A stretch of 64,000 nucleotides of DNA from Mycobacteriales bacterium (GTDB lineage: Bacteria; Actinomycetota; Actinomycetes; JAFAQI01), in contig DATAUK010000005.1 in the NCBI GenBank assembly GCA_036268295.1, positions 45,624-109,623 of the forward strand, in the 5' to 3' direction. Below are positions 22,257 through 30,526 of this stretch, one piece after another. How positions within the stretch are numbered: the first letter of the stretch is position 1; each line of letters opens with the position of its first letter. A program made the position numbers and the translations under genes. The notes below the pieces were generated by a model, which saw only the letters and a program-made list of their open reading frames with translations, was not told where the DNA came from and ran no database searches.

Positions 22257-23231
22257 GTGATCCGCACTCGGCTTTACCGCGACGGCAAGTGTGTCGAGGA
22301 GGACTTCGATCCGGCGAGGATCTCCGACCACCTCGAGACCGACAACTGCATCGTCTGGCTCGATGTGGAGGCCCCGAACAAGGACGACCTCGCATTGCTC
22401 GCCGAGGAGTTCTCGCTGAATCCGCTTGCAGTCGAGGACGCGACGGCCGAGCGGCAGCGTCCGAAGCTCGACCACTACGACGACCACATCTTCATCTCGT
22501 TGTACGACGTCAGCCTCGACGATGAGACCGGCGCCCTACACGCCCACGAGCTCGCCGTCTTCGCGGCGAGCCGATATCTGATCACGGTCCGCAAGTCGCC
22601 CGGCTACTCGATGGATCCGATCGTCGCGCGCTGGGACGACAACCAGAACCTCGCCAGTCACGGTGTCGGGTTCTTGATGTGGGGCCTGCTCGACGTCGTC
22701 GTTGACGGTCACTTCCAGACTGTGCAGAAGCTGGACGAGCGGATCGAGGGCCTCGAGGAATTGCTGTTCGATCCGAGCAATACCGGCACGGCGGTGCAGC
22801 GGCAGTCCTTCGAGTTGCGCAAGTCGTTGGTGCGGATCCGGCGGGTGGTGCTGCCCACCCGCGAGGTTGTCAACGCCTTGATGCGGCGGGAGAACTCACT
22901 CGTCGACGAGGCGCTGATTCCCTACTACCAGGACGTGTACGACCACGTGCTGCGCGCTGCCGACTGGACCGACTCGTTGCGCGACCTGGTCTCGACCATC
23001 CTCGAGACGCACCTGACGATCCAGGGCAATCGGATGAACGAGATCATGAAGAAGGTCACGTCGTGGGCCGCGATCGGCGCCGTACCGACGATCATCACCG
23101 GCTACTACGGCATGAACGTCCTGACGTTCCCGAAGGGCGGGTCAGACAGCGGCGGCTACCTCGCGCTGATCCTGATGGCCGTCATCGTTGCCGGCCTCTA
23201 CGCGATGTTCCGAAGACGCGACTGGCTCTAA
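22257..23231 (+). CDS. corA: magnesium/cobalt transporter CorA
   Basis: YGMNV motif (GYYGMNV) followed by two C-terminal TM helices. GTG start at 22257 chosen because the track ORF's N-terminal 104 aa are Arg-rich and non-CorA-like. Confidence 0.85.
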   Translation: MIRTRLYRDGKCVEEDFDPARISDHLETDNCIVWLDVEAPNKDDLALLAEEFSLNPLAVEDATAERQRPKLDHYDDHIFISLYDVSLDDETGALHAHELAVFAASRYLITVRKSPGYSMDPIVARWDDNQNLASHGVGFLMWGLLDVVVDGHFQTVQKLDERIEGLEELLFDPSNTGTAVQRQSFELRKSLVRIRRVVLPTREVVNALMRRENSLVDEALIPYYQDVYDHVLRAADWTDSLRDLVSTILETHLTIQGNRMNEIMKKVTSWAAIGAVPTIITGYYGMNVLTFPKGGSDSGGYLALILMAVIVAGLYAMFRRRDWL

Positions 23232-23269
23232 CCTCGCGCTCAATCTCCGCGCCTGAGCCCTCGCGGAAG

Positions 23270-23764
23270 TTAGCGGTAGTTCTCGAACTGCAGCGGGATG
23301 CCCATATCCGAGCCCTTCAGCATGGCGATGACGTCCTGCAGGTCGTCGCGCTTCTTGCTCGAGACCCGCACGCTGTCACCCTGGACCGCGACGTGCACGC
23401 CCTTCGCGCCCTCGGACTTGATCTTCTTCACGATGGCGCGCGCCTTCTCGACGTCGATGCCCTGACGGATCGAGACTGCGAGCCGCGAGGTGTTGCCACC
23501 GGCCGGCTGCGGCTCCTCGTGGTCGAGCGCCTTGAGCGAGACCTGCCGCTTGACCAGCTTTTCCTTGAAGACGTCGAGCACTGCTTTGACCCGGTCATCG
23601 CTGTTGGCCGTGATGACGACACCGTCGTCACCGCTCCACGCGATCGAGGCGCCGGTGCCCTTGAAGTCGAACCGCTGCCCGATCTCCTTGGCCGCCTGAT
23701 TTAGCGCGTTGTCGACCTCTTGGTGGTCGACCTTGCTCACTACGTCGAACGATGCATCTGCCAT
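23270..23764 (-). CDS. yajQ: YajQ family (UPF0234) nucleotide / cyclic-di-GMP-binding protein
   Basis: 164-aa protein whose sequence is recognised as YajQ family throughout its length. Confidence 0.85.
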   Translation of the reverse strand: MADASFDVVSKVDHQEVDNALNQAAKEIGQRFDFKGTGASIAWSGDDGVVITANSDDRVKAVLDVFKEKLVKRQVSLKALDHEEPQPAGGNTSRLAVSIRQGIDVEKARAIVKKIKSEGAKGVHVAVQGDSVRVSSKKRDDLQDVIAMLKGSDMGIPLQFENYR

Positions 23765-23825
23765 GTGACGACCTCCTCGGGAGAACCGCTATCCTGACCG
23801 TCGCGCGCACCCCGGTGTGAGGCAA

Positions 23826-23910
23826 GGCGGTTTGCCCGAGTGGTCAAAGGGAGCAGACTGTAAATCTGCCGGCTCAGCCTACGATGGTTCGAACCCATCA
23901 GCCGCCACGA
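23826..23910 (+). tRNA. tRNA-Tyr (anticodon GTA)
   Basis: Cloverleaf folded by hand: acceptor GGCGGTT/AGCCGCC, anticodon loop cuGTAaa, long variable arm, T-loop GGTTCGAAC. Confidence 0.85.
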
Positions 23911-23911
23911 A

Positions 23912-23945
23912 CGGCCGGTCCACAGCGGTGGGCCGGCCGGTATTC
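23912..23945 (+). terminator. GC hairpin plus T-rich tail after tRNA-Tyr
   Basis: cggccgg...ccggccg stem followed by tattctttgt. Confidence 0.3.
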
Positions 23946-23981
23946 TTTGTGACGAGCGTCGCGTGTAACCTCGTCGCGCCC

Positions 23982-24057
23982 GCCCCCTTAGCTCAGTCGG
24001 CAGAGCGTCTCCATGGTAAGGAGAAGGTCTACGGTTCGATTCCGTAAGGGGGCTCCA
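23982..24057 (+). tRNA. tRNA-Thr (anticodon GGT)
   Basis: Acceptor GCCCCCT/AGGGGGC, D-arm AGCTCAGTCGGCAGAGC, anticodon loop ccaTGGTaa (GGT), T-arm GGTTCGATTCC, encoded CCA. Confidence 0.9.
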
Positions 24058-24064
24058 CGATCCG

Positions 24065-24766
24065 TTAGTTGCCGGCCCGACATCCCTGGCTGCCGGGATC
24101 ACCGACCTTGAGGGTCACGGTGGCGCTGTCGCCGACTATCGAGCCCGGGGCCGGTGTCTCACTCGTCACACGCAGCGACCCGGTCGGGGTCGCGACCGTG
24201 ACATTCACCAGAACGTTGGCCCTTGTCAGGTCGTTGAGGGCCGTGTTGATGTTGAGACCCTTCACGTTCGGAACCACGGCGGTGGGAAGCGGGTCCGCGG
24301 AGGGGGGGCCGCCGTTCACGCTCACCGCCAACGTGAGGGTGACGGTGGATCCCGCTGGCACCGTCTGTCCGGGAGCCGGACTGATTGCTCTCACGGCGTA
24401 CCCGTTGACGCTTTCGTCGGCCCCGGTGATTGGCGCTGCGGACACATAGAGCGGGCGAAGTCCGGCACGGCAGAGCGCGGCGGTTGCCTGCGCCGGATAG
24501 TTGTTCGCGGCAGTGCCCGGCACCACGGTGCGAGGGTGCGTGACGCGCGAGCTCAACGTCTGGCTTGAGGATTTGCCTGCCTCCAGCGTGAGTGGCACAA
24601 CGACAGCTGCGCCGACGACGGCGGCGACAGCAACGGCGGTGGTGAGGACGATGCGTCGTCGGCGGCGGCGCAGGACTCGTCCGTCCACCATCACCCGGTC
24701 GGCAATATCGCGGAGGTCAGGCTCGACGACGAGCATCGCCTCAAACGTCTCGATGAGGTCGGTCAT
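24065..24766 (-). CDS. single-pass membrane protein with two extracytoplasmic PASTA-like domains, translationally coupled to an ECF sigma factor (candidate anti-sigma factor)
   Basis: Short N-terminal region, one TM helix (IVLTTAVAVAAVVGAAVVV), then two ~60-aa repeats matching the PASTA pattern (VPNVKGLNINTALNDL...TPAPGSIVGDSATVTLKVG). Start overlaps the sigma gene stop (ATGA). Confidence 0.6.
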   Translation of the reverse strand: MTDLIETFEAMLVVEPDLRDIADRVMVDGRVLRRRRRRIVLTTAVAVAAVVGAAVVVPLTLEAGKSSSQTLSSRVTHPRTVVPGTAANNYPAQATAALCRAGLRPLYVSAAPITGADESVNGYAVRAISPAPGQTVPAGSTVTLTLAVSVNGGPPSADPLPTAVVPNVKGLNINTALNDLTRANVLVNVTVATPTGSLRVTSETPAPGSIVGDSATVTLKVGDPGSQGCRAGN

Positions 24767-25290
24767 GTGATCTCCTCTGCGATGCGGACGAGCGGCTCGT
24801 CGGTGTGGATGAGCGCTCGCAGCGTGTCGAGCGCTCTCGACGTCTGGCTTTTGACCGTGCCGGTCGAGCAGCCGAGAATCTCGGCGGTCTCGGCCACCGA
24901 GGCGTCGACCCAGAAGCGGAGCACCAGAGCGACCCGCTGCCGGGTCGGCAGCGTTCCAAGCGCGCGGACCAGCTCGCCTCGCAGGTCGCTCGACGCCAGC
25001 GCGACGGCCTCGTATCCGTAGTCAGGCAAGCCGACGACGCAGACCTCACGGCGCCACGGCCGGCGGCGTTCGTCGATCACGACGTTCGCGAGGATCCGCC
25101 GCGCGTAGCCGTCAGCGCCGCGCTCGTCGATCCGGTGCCATGCGGCGTACAGCTTCGTCAGTGCGATCTGGACGACGTCCTCGGCGCGCTGCCAGTCACC
25201 GCACATCAGGTATGCCTCGTGGCGCAGCATCCGCTGGCGGGACACAACGAACTCCCGGAACGCCGAGTCCGATGTCCGCGAGTCCGTCAC
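24763..25290 (-). CDS. ECF-type RNA polymerase sigma-70 factor
   Basis: 175 aa. Region 2 (DVVQIALTKLYAAW) and region 4 HTH (QRVALVLRFWVDASVAETAEILGCSTGTVKS) are clear. Confidence 0.9.
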   Translation of the reverse strand: MTDSRTSDSAFREFVVSRQRMLRHEAYLMCGDWQRAEDVVQIALTKLYAAWHRIDERGADGYARRILANVVIDERRRPWRREVCVVGLPDYGYEAVALASSDLRGELVRALGTLPTRQRVALVLRFWVDASVAETAEILGCSTGTVKSQTSRALDTLRALIHTDEPLVRIAEEIT

Positions 25291-25407
25291 AACAGGTATT
25301 ACGGAACCCGATTGACCGCCGGTTGTCAGCCTTCGGCCTCCGCAAGCCCGCGAAGGTCTATTCGGGTTGCGCGCTGTGGCAACATGGTGGCGGTCCTTTG
25401 GACTAGC

Positions 25408-25484
25408 GGCGGAGTAGCTCAGCCTGGTAGAGCAAGCGGCTCATAATCGCTGTGTCGCCGGTTCAAGTCCGGCCTCCGCTACCC
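25408..25484 (+). tRNA. tRNA-Met (anticodon CAT, elongator type)
   Basis: Acceptor GGCGGAG/CTCCGCT, D-arm GCTCAGCCTGGTAGAGC, anticodon loop cuCATaa, T-arm GGTTCAAGTCC. Lacks the three G-C pairs in the anticodon stem that mark initiator tRNA. Confidence 0.85.
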
Positions 25485-25586
25485 ATCCGGCGGTCGGGCT
25501 ATCCTGAATAGCCCGGCCACCGCTGGTGGTCACCCACGTTCATCGGCTCGAGGCGTGTCGCCCGAGCCCGCAGAGAGGTCAGCACA

Positions 25587-25751
25587 GTGGCAGCCACCGA
25601 CGTACGTCCGAAGATCACGTTGGCATGCGCCGAGTGCAAGCACCGCAACTACATCACCAAGAAGAACCGGCGCAACGACCCGGATCGCTTGGAGCTCAAG
25701 AAGTTTTGCCCTAACTGCCGCTGCCACCAACCTCACCGCGAAACCCGCTGA
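25587..25751 (+). CDS. rpmG: 50S ribosomal protein L33
   Basis: GTG-initiated 54-aa ORF: [54 protein letters not shown]. Zinc-ribbon L33 signature. Absent from the supplied track because it is under 60 aa. Confidence 0.88.
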   Translation: MAATDVRPKITLACAECKHRNYITKKNRRNDPDRLELKKFCPNCRCHQPHRETR

Positions 25752-25998
25752 CCCGCACGCTGGCGGCGTTCTCCCTCGCTTGCGGGCCTTAAGCCCGCGG
25801 CGCTCACTCGAGCCTTGCCAGCGCACGGCTCAGCGAGTTTCGCTCGTTGACCGGCGTTCGGTGCATCCTTTTGCGCAGCCGCCTCGATGGCGCGGGGGAT
25901 CTTTGCGGCGGTAGGTTCCGACGATGGTGTCGATGCGGCCGGGCGCCGCGCGGGATGCCCTTCCTAGGGCGACCGGCAAGGCCTGACCCGGCAGACCG

Positions 25999-26690
25999 AT
26001 GCACCTCGACGAGCTGACCGCGGCTGGACTGTACGACGCGGCTGCGCCGGATGCCGAGGAACGGCTGGAGCTGCTGGAGTTCCTGGCAGCGCAGGGCTGC
26101 ACTGTCGAGGAGATGGCGGCGGCAAACGCGCGGGGTCGGCTGTTCGCGCTGAACGGTGACCGGATTGTCATCCCCGGCCGCGACGAGTTCAGCCTCGCCG
26201 ACATCGCCGCTCGCGGCGGGGTCGACGTCGAGACCGTCACGACGATCTGGCGGGCGCTGGGGTTCGTCGATCCCGGACCGGACGAGCTCGTAGCGTCCGA
26301 GGCAGACGCCGCTGCCATCGAGGCGATCCTCGAGATGGCCGCGCCGAGGACGGCCGGGTGGTGAAGTACCTCGGCGACGCGGTCATGTTCGTCACCCACG
26401 GCGCGCCGTCGGCGGTCCGCGTCGCGAAGGGCCTGATCGAAGCGGCGCACGCCCGCGGGATGCAGGCGCGGGTCGGCGTCACGATCGGGACAGTGCTCGC
26501 GCTCGAAGGCGACTACTTCGGTCCGGTCGTCAATCTCGCGGCGCGGCTGGTCTCGATGGCCGACGCGGGCGAGGTACTGGTGACTGTCGAGATCGTCGAC
26601 CGGCTCGACGACGCTGTCGACATCGAGCCGCTCGGCCCCCGGATGGTCCGCGGCTTCACCGCGCCGATCGAGCTGGCCCGGCTGCGATAA
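25999..26690 (+). pseudogene. degenerate class III adenylyl/guanylyl cyclase-like gene (frameshifted, N-terminal half of the catalytic domain missing)
   Basis: Second ORF (26358-26690) carries the cyclase GRVVKYLGDAVMFV transition-state motif and the downstream domain. The first ORF (25999-26364) is in another frame. No FxDIxGFT metal-binding segment exists in any frame. Confidence 0.5.
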
Positions 26691-26732
26691 CGTCCGAGAC
26701 AAGAACTTCCGAGAAGAACGAGGGATCCAGCG

Positions 26733-27161
26733 ATGGCTGCCACGGTCAGTTACGACGACGTCGAGGTCGGCACCCAGCTGCCCGCCCAGACTTTCCAGGT
26801 CCAGCGTTCGGACCTCATCATGTACGCCGGGGCCTCCGGCGACTTCAACATCATCCACTGGAACGAGCGGGTCGCAACCTCGGTCGGGCTGCCGAACGTG
26901 ATCGCGCACGGGATGTTCACGATGGCTGAGGCCGGTCGCGTCATCACCGACTGGGCCGGCGACCCGGGAGCGGTCGTGGAGTACGGCGTACGGTTCTCGG
27001 CTCCGGTCCCGGTGCCGGACGACGACAAGGGCACCACGCTCGAGGTGTCCGGCTGGGTCGAAGCCAAGCTCGACGACCGCAAGGTCTCGGTCGCCCTCGA
27101 AGCCAAAGCCCTCGGCGCGACCGTCCTCACCAAAGCCCGCGCCATCGTCCAACTCGCGTAA
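26733..27161 (+). CDS. MaoC-like (R)-specific hydratase/dehydratase, HadB-like
   Basis: 142-aa hot-dog fold protein with the HadB-type motif (IIHWNERVATSVGLPNVIAHGM). Confidence 0.8.
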   Translation: MAATVSYDDVEVGTQLPAQTFQVQRSDLIMYAGASGDFNIIHWNERVATSVGLPNVIAHGMFTMAEAGRVITDWAGDPGAVVEYGVRFSAPVPVPDDDKGTTLEVSGWVEAKLDDRKVSVALEAKALGATVLTKARAIVQLA

Positions 27162-27178
27162 CCCGGTTTTTCCGCCGC

Positions 27179-27233
27179 GATCTTGACGGAAAGTGTCTTA
27201 CGGGGCCCCAGATAAATAATCATCGTCAAGATC
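27179..27233. repeat. 10-bp inverted repeat (gatcttgacg / cgtcaagatc) flanking a 35-nt AT-richer loop, immediately upstream of the MFS remnant
   Basis: Read directly. The loop contains ggggcccc and gataaataatcat. It sits where the MFS coding sequence is truncated. Confidence 0.4.
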
Positions 27234-27245
27234 ACGGCAGGGGTT

Positions 27246-27655
27246 ATGTCCTCCATCGAGCCGACGACGCCGTTCCTGCACCTGGTGCCGGCGTTCGCGG
27301 TCAGCGGGATCGGGATGGCGATGTTCTTCGCGCCGACCGCCAACCTGGTGCTGAGCACGGTACGACGCGAGGAGGAGGGCATCGCCTCCGGCGTTGCCAA
27401 CGCGGTCCGGGAGCTCGGCGGGTGTTCGGAGTTGCGAGCCTCGCCTCGGTTTTCGCCGCGCACGGCGGCTACGCAACGCCACACGCGTTCGCGACCGGGC
27501 TGCGTCCGGCGGTGGATGTCGGCGCGATTGCGGTCGGCCTGGCGGCGCTGGTCCTGCTCGCGGTCCCGCGTCGCCGCGCCGAGTCCGCGGCGGGTGACAC
27601 CGACGCTGAGCTCGACATCGCTTCGGCGCCGGAGCTTGTCCCCGCCGGGGTCTGA
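27246..27655 (+). pseudogene. C-terminal remnant of a DHA2-family MFS efflux transporter (frameshifted, ~400 N-terminal codons missing)
   Basis: Frame 0 gives ...MAMFFAPTANLVLSTVRREEEGIASGVANAVRELGG, then frame 2 continues VFGVASLASVFAAHGGYATP.... Together these match the last two TM helices of a 14-TM MFS exporter. No upstream transporter sequence. Confidence 0.6.
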
Positions 27656-27792
27656 GCATCCACAGCCGGTCGGCCGGCGGTTGTGTCGGGGCCGAAGGCG
27701 TGATGTCGTAGAGCTTCGAGTCGACAAGCCTCATCCCCGGCGGCTTGGTCGCCGATGAATAGGGGAACAGGCAACGCAGGAGGTGACGCGGC

Positions 27793-28743
27793 ATGGCAGT
27801 GCCCAGGTTCCTGCGCCGCCGTCGCCGTGGCAGCGAAGAGCTGCCGGCCCTCACCCCGCCGCCACCCACCCCGCCTCGTGAGGTCGTGGTCTTCTCGGGC
27901 GGCGGCAGCCTCGGGGCCGCTCAGGTCGGCGCGATCCAGGCGCTGTTCGAAGCCGGCATCGTCCCCGACGCGGTCGTCGGCTGCTCGGTCGGCGCGATCA
28001 ACGCGGCGTACGTCGCGATGGACCCCACCGCCGACCGGATGGCGGCGCTCGAAGCGGTCTGGCGCTCGATGTCCCGGCGCGAGGTCTTCCCCGGCGGCCG
28101 GTTCCGGGTGGCACGCCGGATCGCGGCCCGGTCGAACTTCCTCTACCCGCCCGACGGCATGCGCGCCGTGTTCGCGCAGTGCGTGCCGCTCACCGATCTG
28201 GCGCAGACCGCGATTCCCTGCCACGTCGTCACCACCGACCTGATCGCGGGCGAGCCGACCTGGTGGACCAGCGGTGACCCGGTCGACCTGCTCAACGCCA
28301 GCGCCTGCCTGCCGGGGCTGTTCCCCCCGGTCCGGCTCGAGGGCCGGCTGCACGTCGATGGCGGCGTCTCCTGCCCGGTGCCGATTCAGCGCGCGCTCGA
28401 TCTCGGCGCCTCGCGGGTCTGGGTCCTCAATGTGGCGCGTGACTTCCACGGCTGGTCAAGCGACCGGATGTCCGCGCTCGACGTGCTGCTGGAGAGCTTC
28501 GCGATCTCCCGCTCCCATCTCGGCCGGCTCGCGCCGGTCCCGGCGCCCGGCCAGCAGGTCGTCTCGCTGCCGCCGCTGTCGATCGGGCGCCACGACATGC
28601 GTAACTTCTCTCAGACGCCGCGCCTGGTAGCCGCCGGCCGCGAAGCCGGCCGCGCAATGGTGGCCGAAGAGCTCCGCGCCCGCGTACGCCGCCCGCTCGA
28701 GCCCGCTGCCGCTGACCCACACGTGGCTGATGCGCTTGCCTGA
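27793..28743 (+). CDS. patatin-like phospholipase
   Basis: GGGxxG oxyanion motif (FSGGGSLGAAQ), GxSxG nucleophile (GCSVGA) and DGG(V) catalytic Asp motif. Confidence 0.85.
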   Translation: MAVPRFLRRRRRGSEELPALTPPPPTPPREVVVFSGGGSLGAAQVGAIQALFEAGIVPDAVVGCSVGAINAAYVAMDPTADRMAALEAVWRSMSRREVFPGGRFRVARRIAARSNFLYPPDGMRAVFAQCVPLTDLAQTAIPCHVVTTDLIAGEPTWWTSGDPVDLLNASACLPGLFPPVRLEGRLHVDGGVSCPVPIQRALDLGASRVWVLNVARDFHGWSSDRMSALDVLLESFAISRSHLGRLAPVPAPGQQVVSLPPLSIGRHDMRNFSQTPRLVAAGREAGRAMVAEELRARVRRPLEPAAADPHVADALA

Positions 28744-28768
28744 ACTGCCTTTAATTTGACTTTGACGT

Positions 28769-29707
28769 TCAGCCGAGCACGCCGGACCGACGCAGGATCC
28801 ACCGGTTCTCCCAGCCGATGAGCCCGCACTCGTCGAAGAACGCCAGCACCTTGGCCGCCGCCTGCACCTTCGTCTCACGCCAGTGCGGGTTGGCGTTCGC
28901 CGCGGCGAGAGCCTGAGCCGGATCGAGGCCGACCGCGGCGTACACCTGCGGGTTGATCAGAGCGCTCGTCGCGTCATGGATGACCAGGCCGATCATGAGC
29001 CGGTTGTAGACCCGGCGCAGCCGGCCGCTGCGCCTGAGGGCGCGCAGCGACTCCTCGCGCGCGAAGCTGATGTGCCGAGCCTCCTCGATCACGTGGATCT
29101 TGCTGACCTGCCGGACGATCGGCTGCAGCGACTCGTCTTCCATGGCCTGGCGTTGGAAGGCATCGAGAATCTCCTCGACGTACATCGTGCCGGCGAAGGT
29201 CAGCACGTTGTTCGAGATCGCTTTGAAGACCCGGCCGAGCTCGTGGGTCATCCGCTTGACGCCGTAGTTCGGGCAGCCGAACGCCTTGATCATCGTCGCG
29301 AACATGACCGAGTGGCGGCACTCGTCCGCGATCTCGGTGAGCGTCCACTGCACGTCCTTGCGGGTCAAATCGCGGTCGTAGGCGTGGCGCAGCAGCATCT
29401 GCATCAATATCTCCTCGAACCAGATCCCAACGCTTGCGATACTCGCAACCTCGTGCTTGGTGAGCGCGACCTGCTGCTCGAGGGTCAACTGCTCCCACAG
29501 CCCGGTGCCATACAGGCTCGAGCAGCGCGGCGGCGCGTAGAACACATCCGGGCGCGCCTCGGTGGCCCAGTCGACGTCGACGGTCGGGTCGAAGGACAGC
29601 TTCGCAGCTGAGCGCATCAGCCGCTCGCCGGTGCGCTCACGCTCAGGAGTGACAACGGACAGCGATTCGGTCGCGGTGGCGGTCATAGCCATTAGTAAAC
29701 GTGACAT
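28769..29707 (-). CDS. AurF-like (p-aminobenzoate N-oxygenase family) diiron oxygenase
   Basis: Ferritin-like four-helix pattern with two ExxH motifs (ADECRHS, EEARHIS) plus additional Glu ligands. True start is probably one of the internal Met residues (MAMTAT). Confidence 0.7.
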   Translation of the reverse strand: MSRLLMAMTATATESLSVVTPERERTGERLMRSAAKLSFDPTVDVDWATEARPDVFYAPPRCSSLYGTGLWEQLTLEQQVALTKHEVASIASVGIWFEEILMQMLLRHAYDRDLTRKDVQWTLTEIADECRHSVMFATMIKAFGCPNYGVKRMTHELGRVFKAISNNVLTFAGTMYVEEILDAFQRQAMEDESLQPIVRQVSKIHVIEEARHISFAREESLRALRRSGRLRRVYNRLMIGLVIHDATSALINPQVYAAVGLDPAQALAAANANPHWRETKVQAAAKVLAFFDECGLIGWENRWILRRSGVLG

Positions 29708-29716
29708 TGATCAATG
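29705..29716. promoter_or_regulatory. perfect 12-bp palindrome cattgatcaatg in the divergent AurF-like / MerR intergenic region (candidate MerR operator)
   Basis: Read directly. It lies between the two divergent start regions. Confidence 0.4.
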
Positions 29717-30523
29717 GCGCAAGGCTGGATGGTAGTGTCGTATCTCACTCACCGGGAGGGGGCGGCGGTGGCGGACTACCGGATCGATGATCTGGCGCGC
29801 GCGGCCGGGATGACGGTGCGCAACGTCCGCGCCTATCAGGAGCGCGGCCTGCTGCCGGCGCCGCACCGCCAGGGCCGAACCAGCGTGTACGACGCCACGC
29901 ATCTCGCCCGGCTGCGGCTGATCGGCCAGCTGCTCGACCGTGGCTACACCAGCGTGCACATCGCCGACTTCATCGCGAACTGGGAAGCCGGCCACGATCT
30001 CGGCAAGACGCTCGGGCTCGAGGCAGCGCTGCTCGCGCCGGGCTCCGGCGAGATCGCCGAGGAGATCAGTCTCGATGAGTTGATCGCGATGTTCGGCGGC
30101 ACGTTCGAGCCGGTCGCGCTCGAAGCCTCGCAGCGGTTGGGTGTGATCGCCTCGATCGGCGCCGATCGTTACGAGGTTCACAGCCCGCGGCTGCTCCGCG
30201 CTGGCGCCGAGCTGGTCGCGATCGGAATGCCGCTGCCCGAAGTGCTCGAGCTCGGTGCCGCGCTACGCACCCGAGTCGCGGCGGTGGCCGAGCTGTTCGT
30301 AGCAGGCGTCGCGCCGTACATCGTCGGCGACCATCCGCCGGGCTGGGTGCCCGATGACGAGGAGATGCCGCGGATCATCGAACTCGTCGAACAGCTTCGC
30401 CCGCTCGCCCGGGTCGTGGTGGACGACGAGCTCGCCCGCACCCTTGAGTCGGCCATTGCCGGCTACGTGGCGCAGCAGCTCACTGCCGCGATCGACGACA
30501 CCGTGACCGACGCGGCGTCTTGA
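29714..30523 (+). CDS. MerR family transcriptional regulator
   Basis: MerR HTH (YRIDDLARAAGMTVRNVRAYQERGLLP). True start is likely a GTG/ATG a few codons downstream of the annotated 29714. Confidence 0.8.
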   Translation: MAQGWMVVSYLTHREGAAVADYRIDDLARAAGMTVRNVRAYQERGLLPAPHRQGRTSVYDATHLARLRLIGQLLDRGYTSVHIADFIANWEAGHDLGKTLGLEAALLAPGSGEIAEEISLDELIAMFGGTFEPVALEASQRLGVIASIGADRYEVHSPRLLRAGAELVAIGMPLPEVLELGAALRTRVAAVAELFVAGVAPYIVGDHPPGWVPDDEEMPRIIELVEQLRPLARVVVDDELARTLESAIAGYVAQQLTAAIDDTVTDAAS

Positions 30524-30526
30524 CGC

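Noticed and set aside
25830-27152. 440-aa minus-strand ORF across the cyclase remnant and hadB-like gene
   Set aside because: Opposite-strand shadow of recognisable plus-strand genes. It has a low-complexity Arg/Asp/Gly-rich product.
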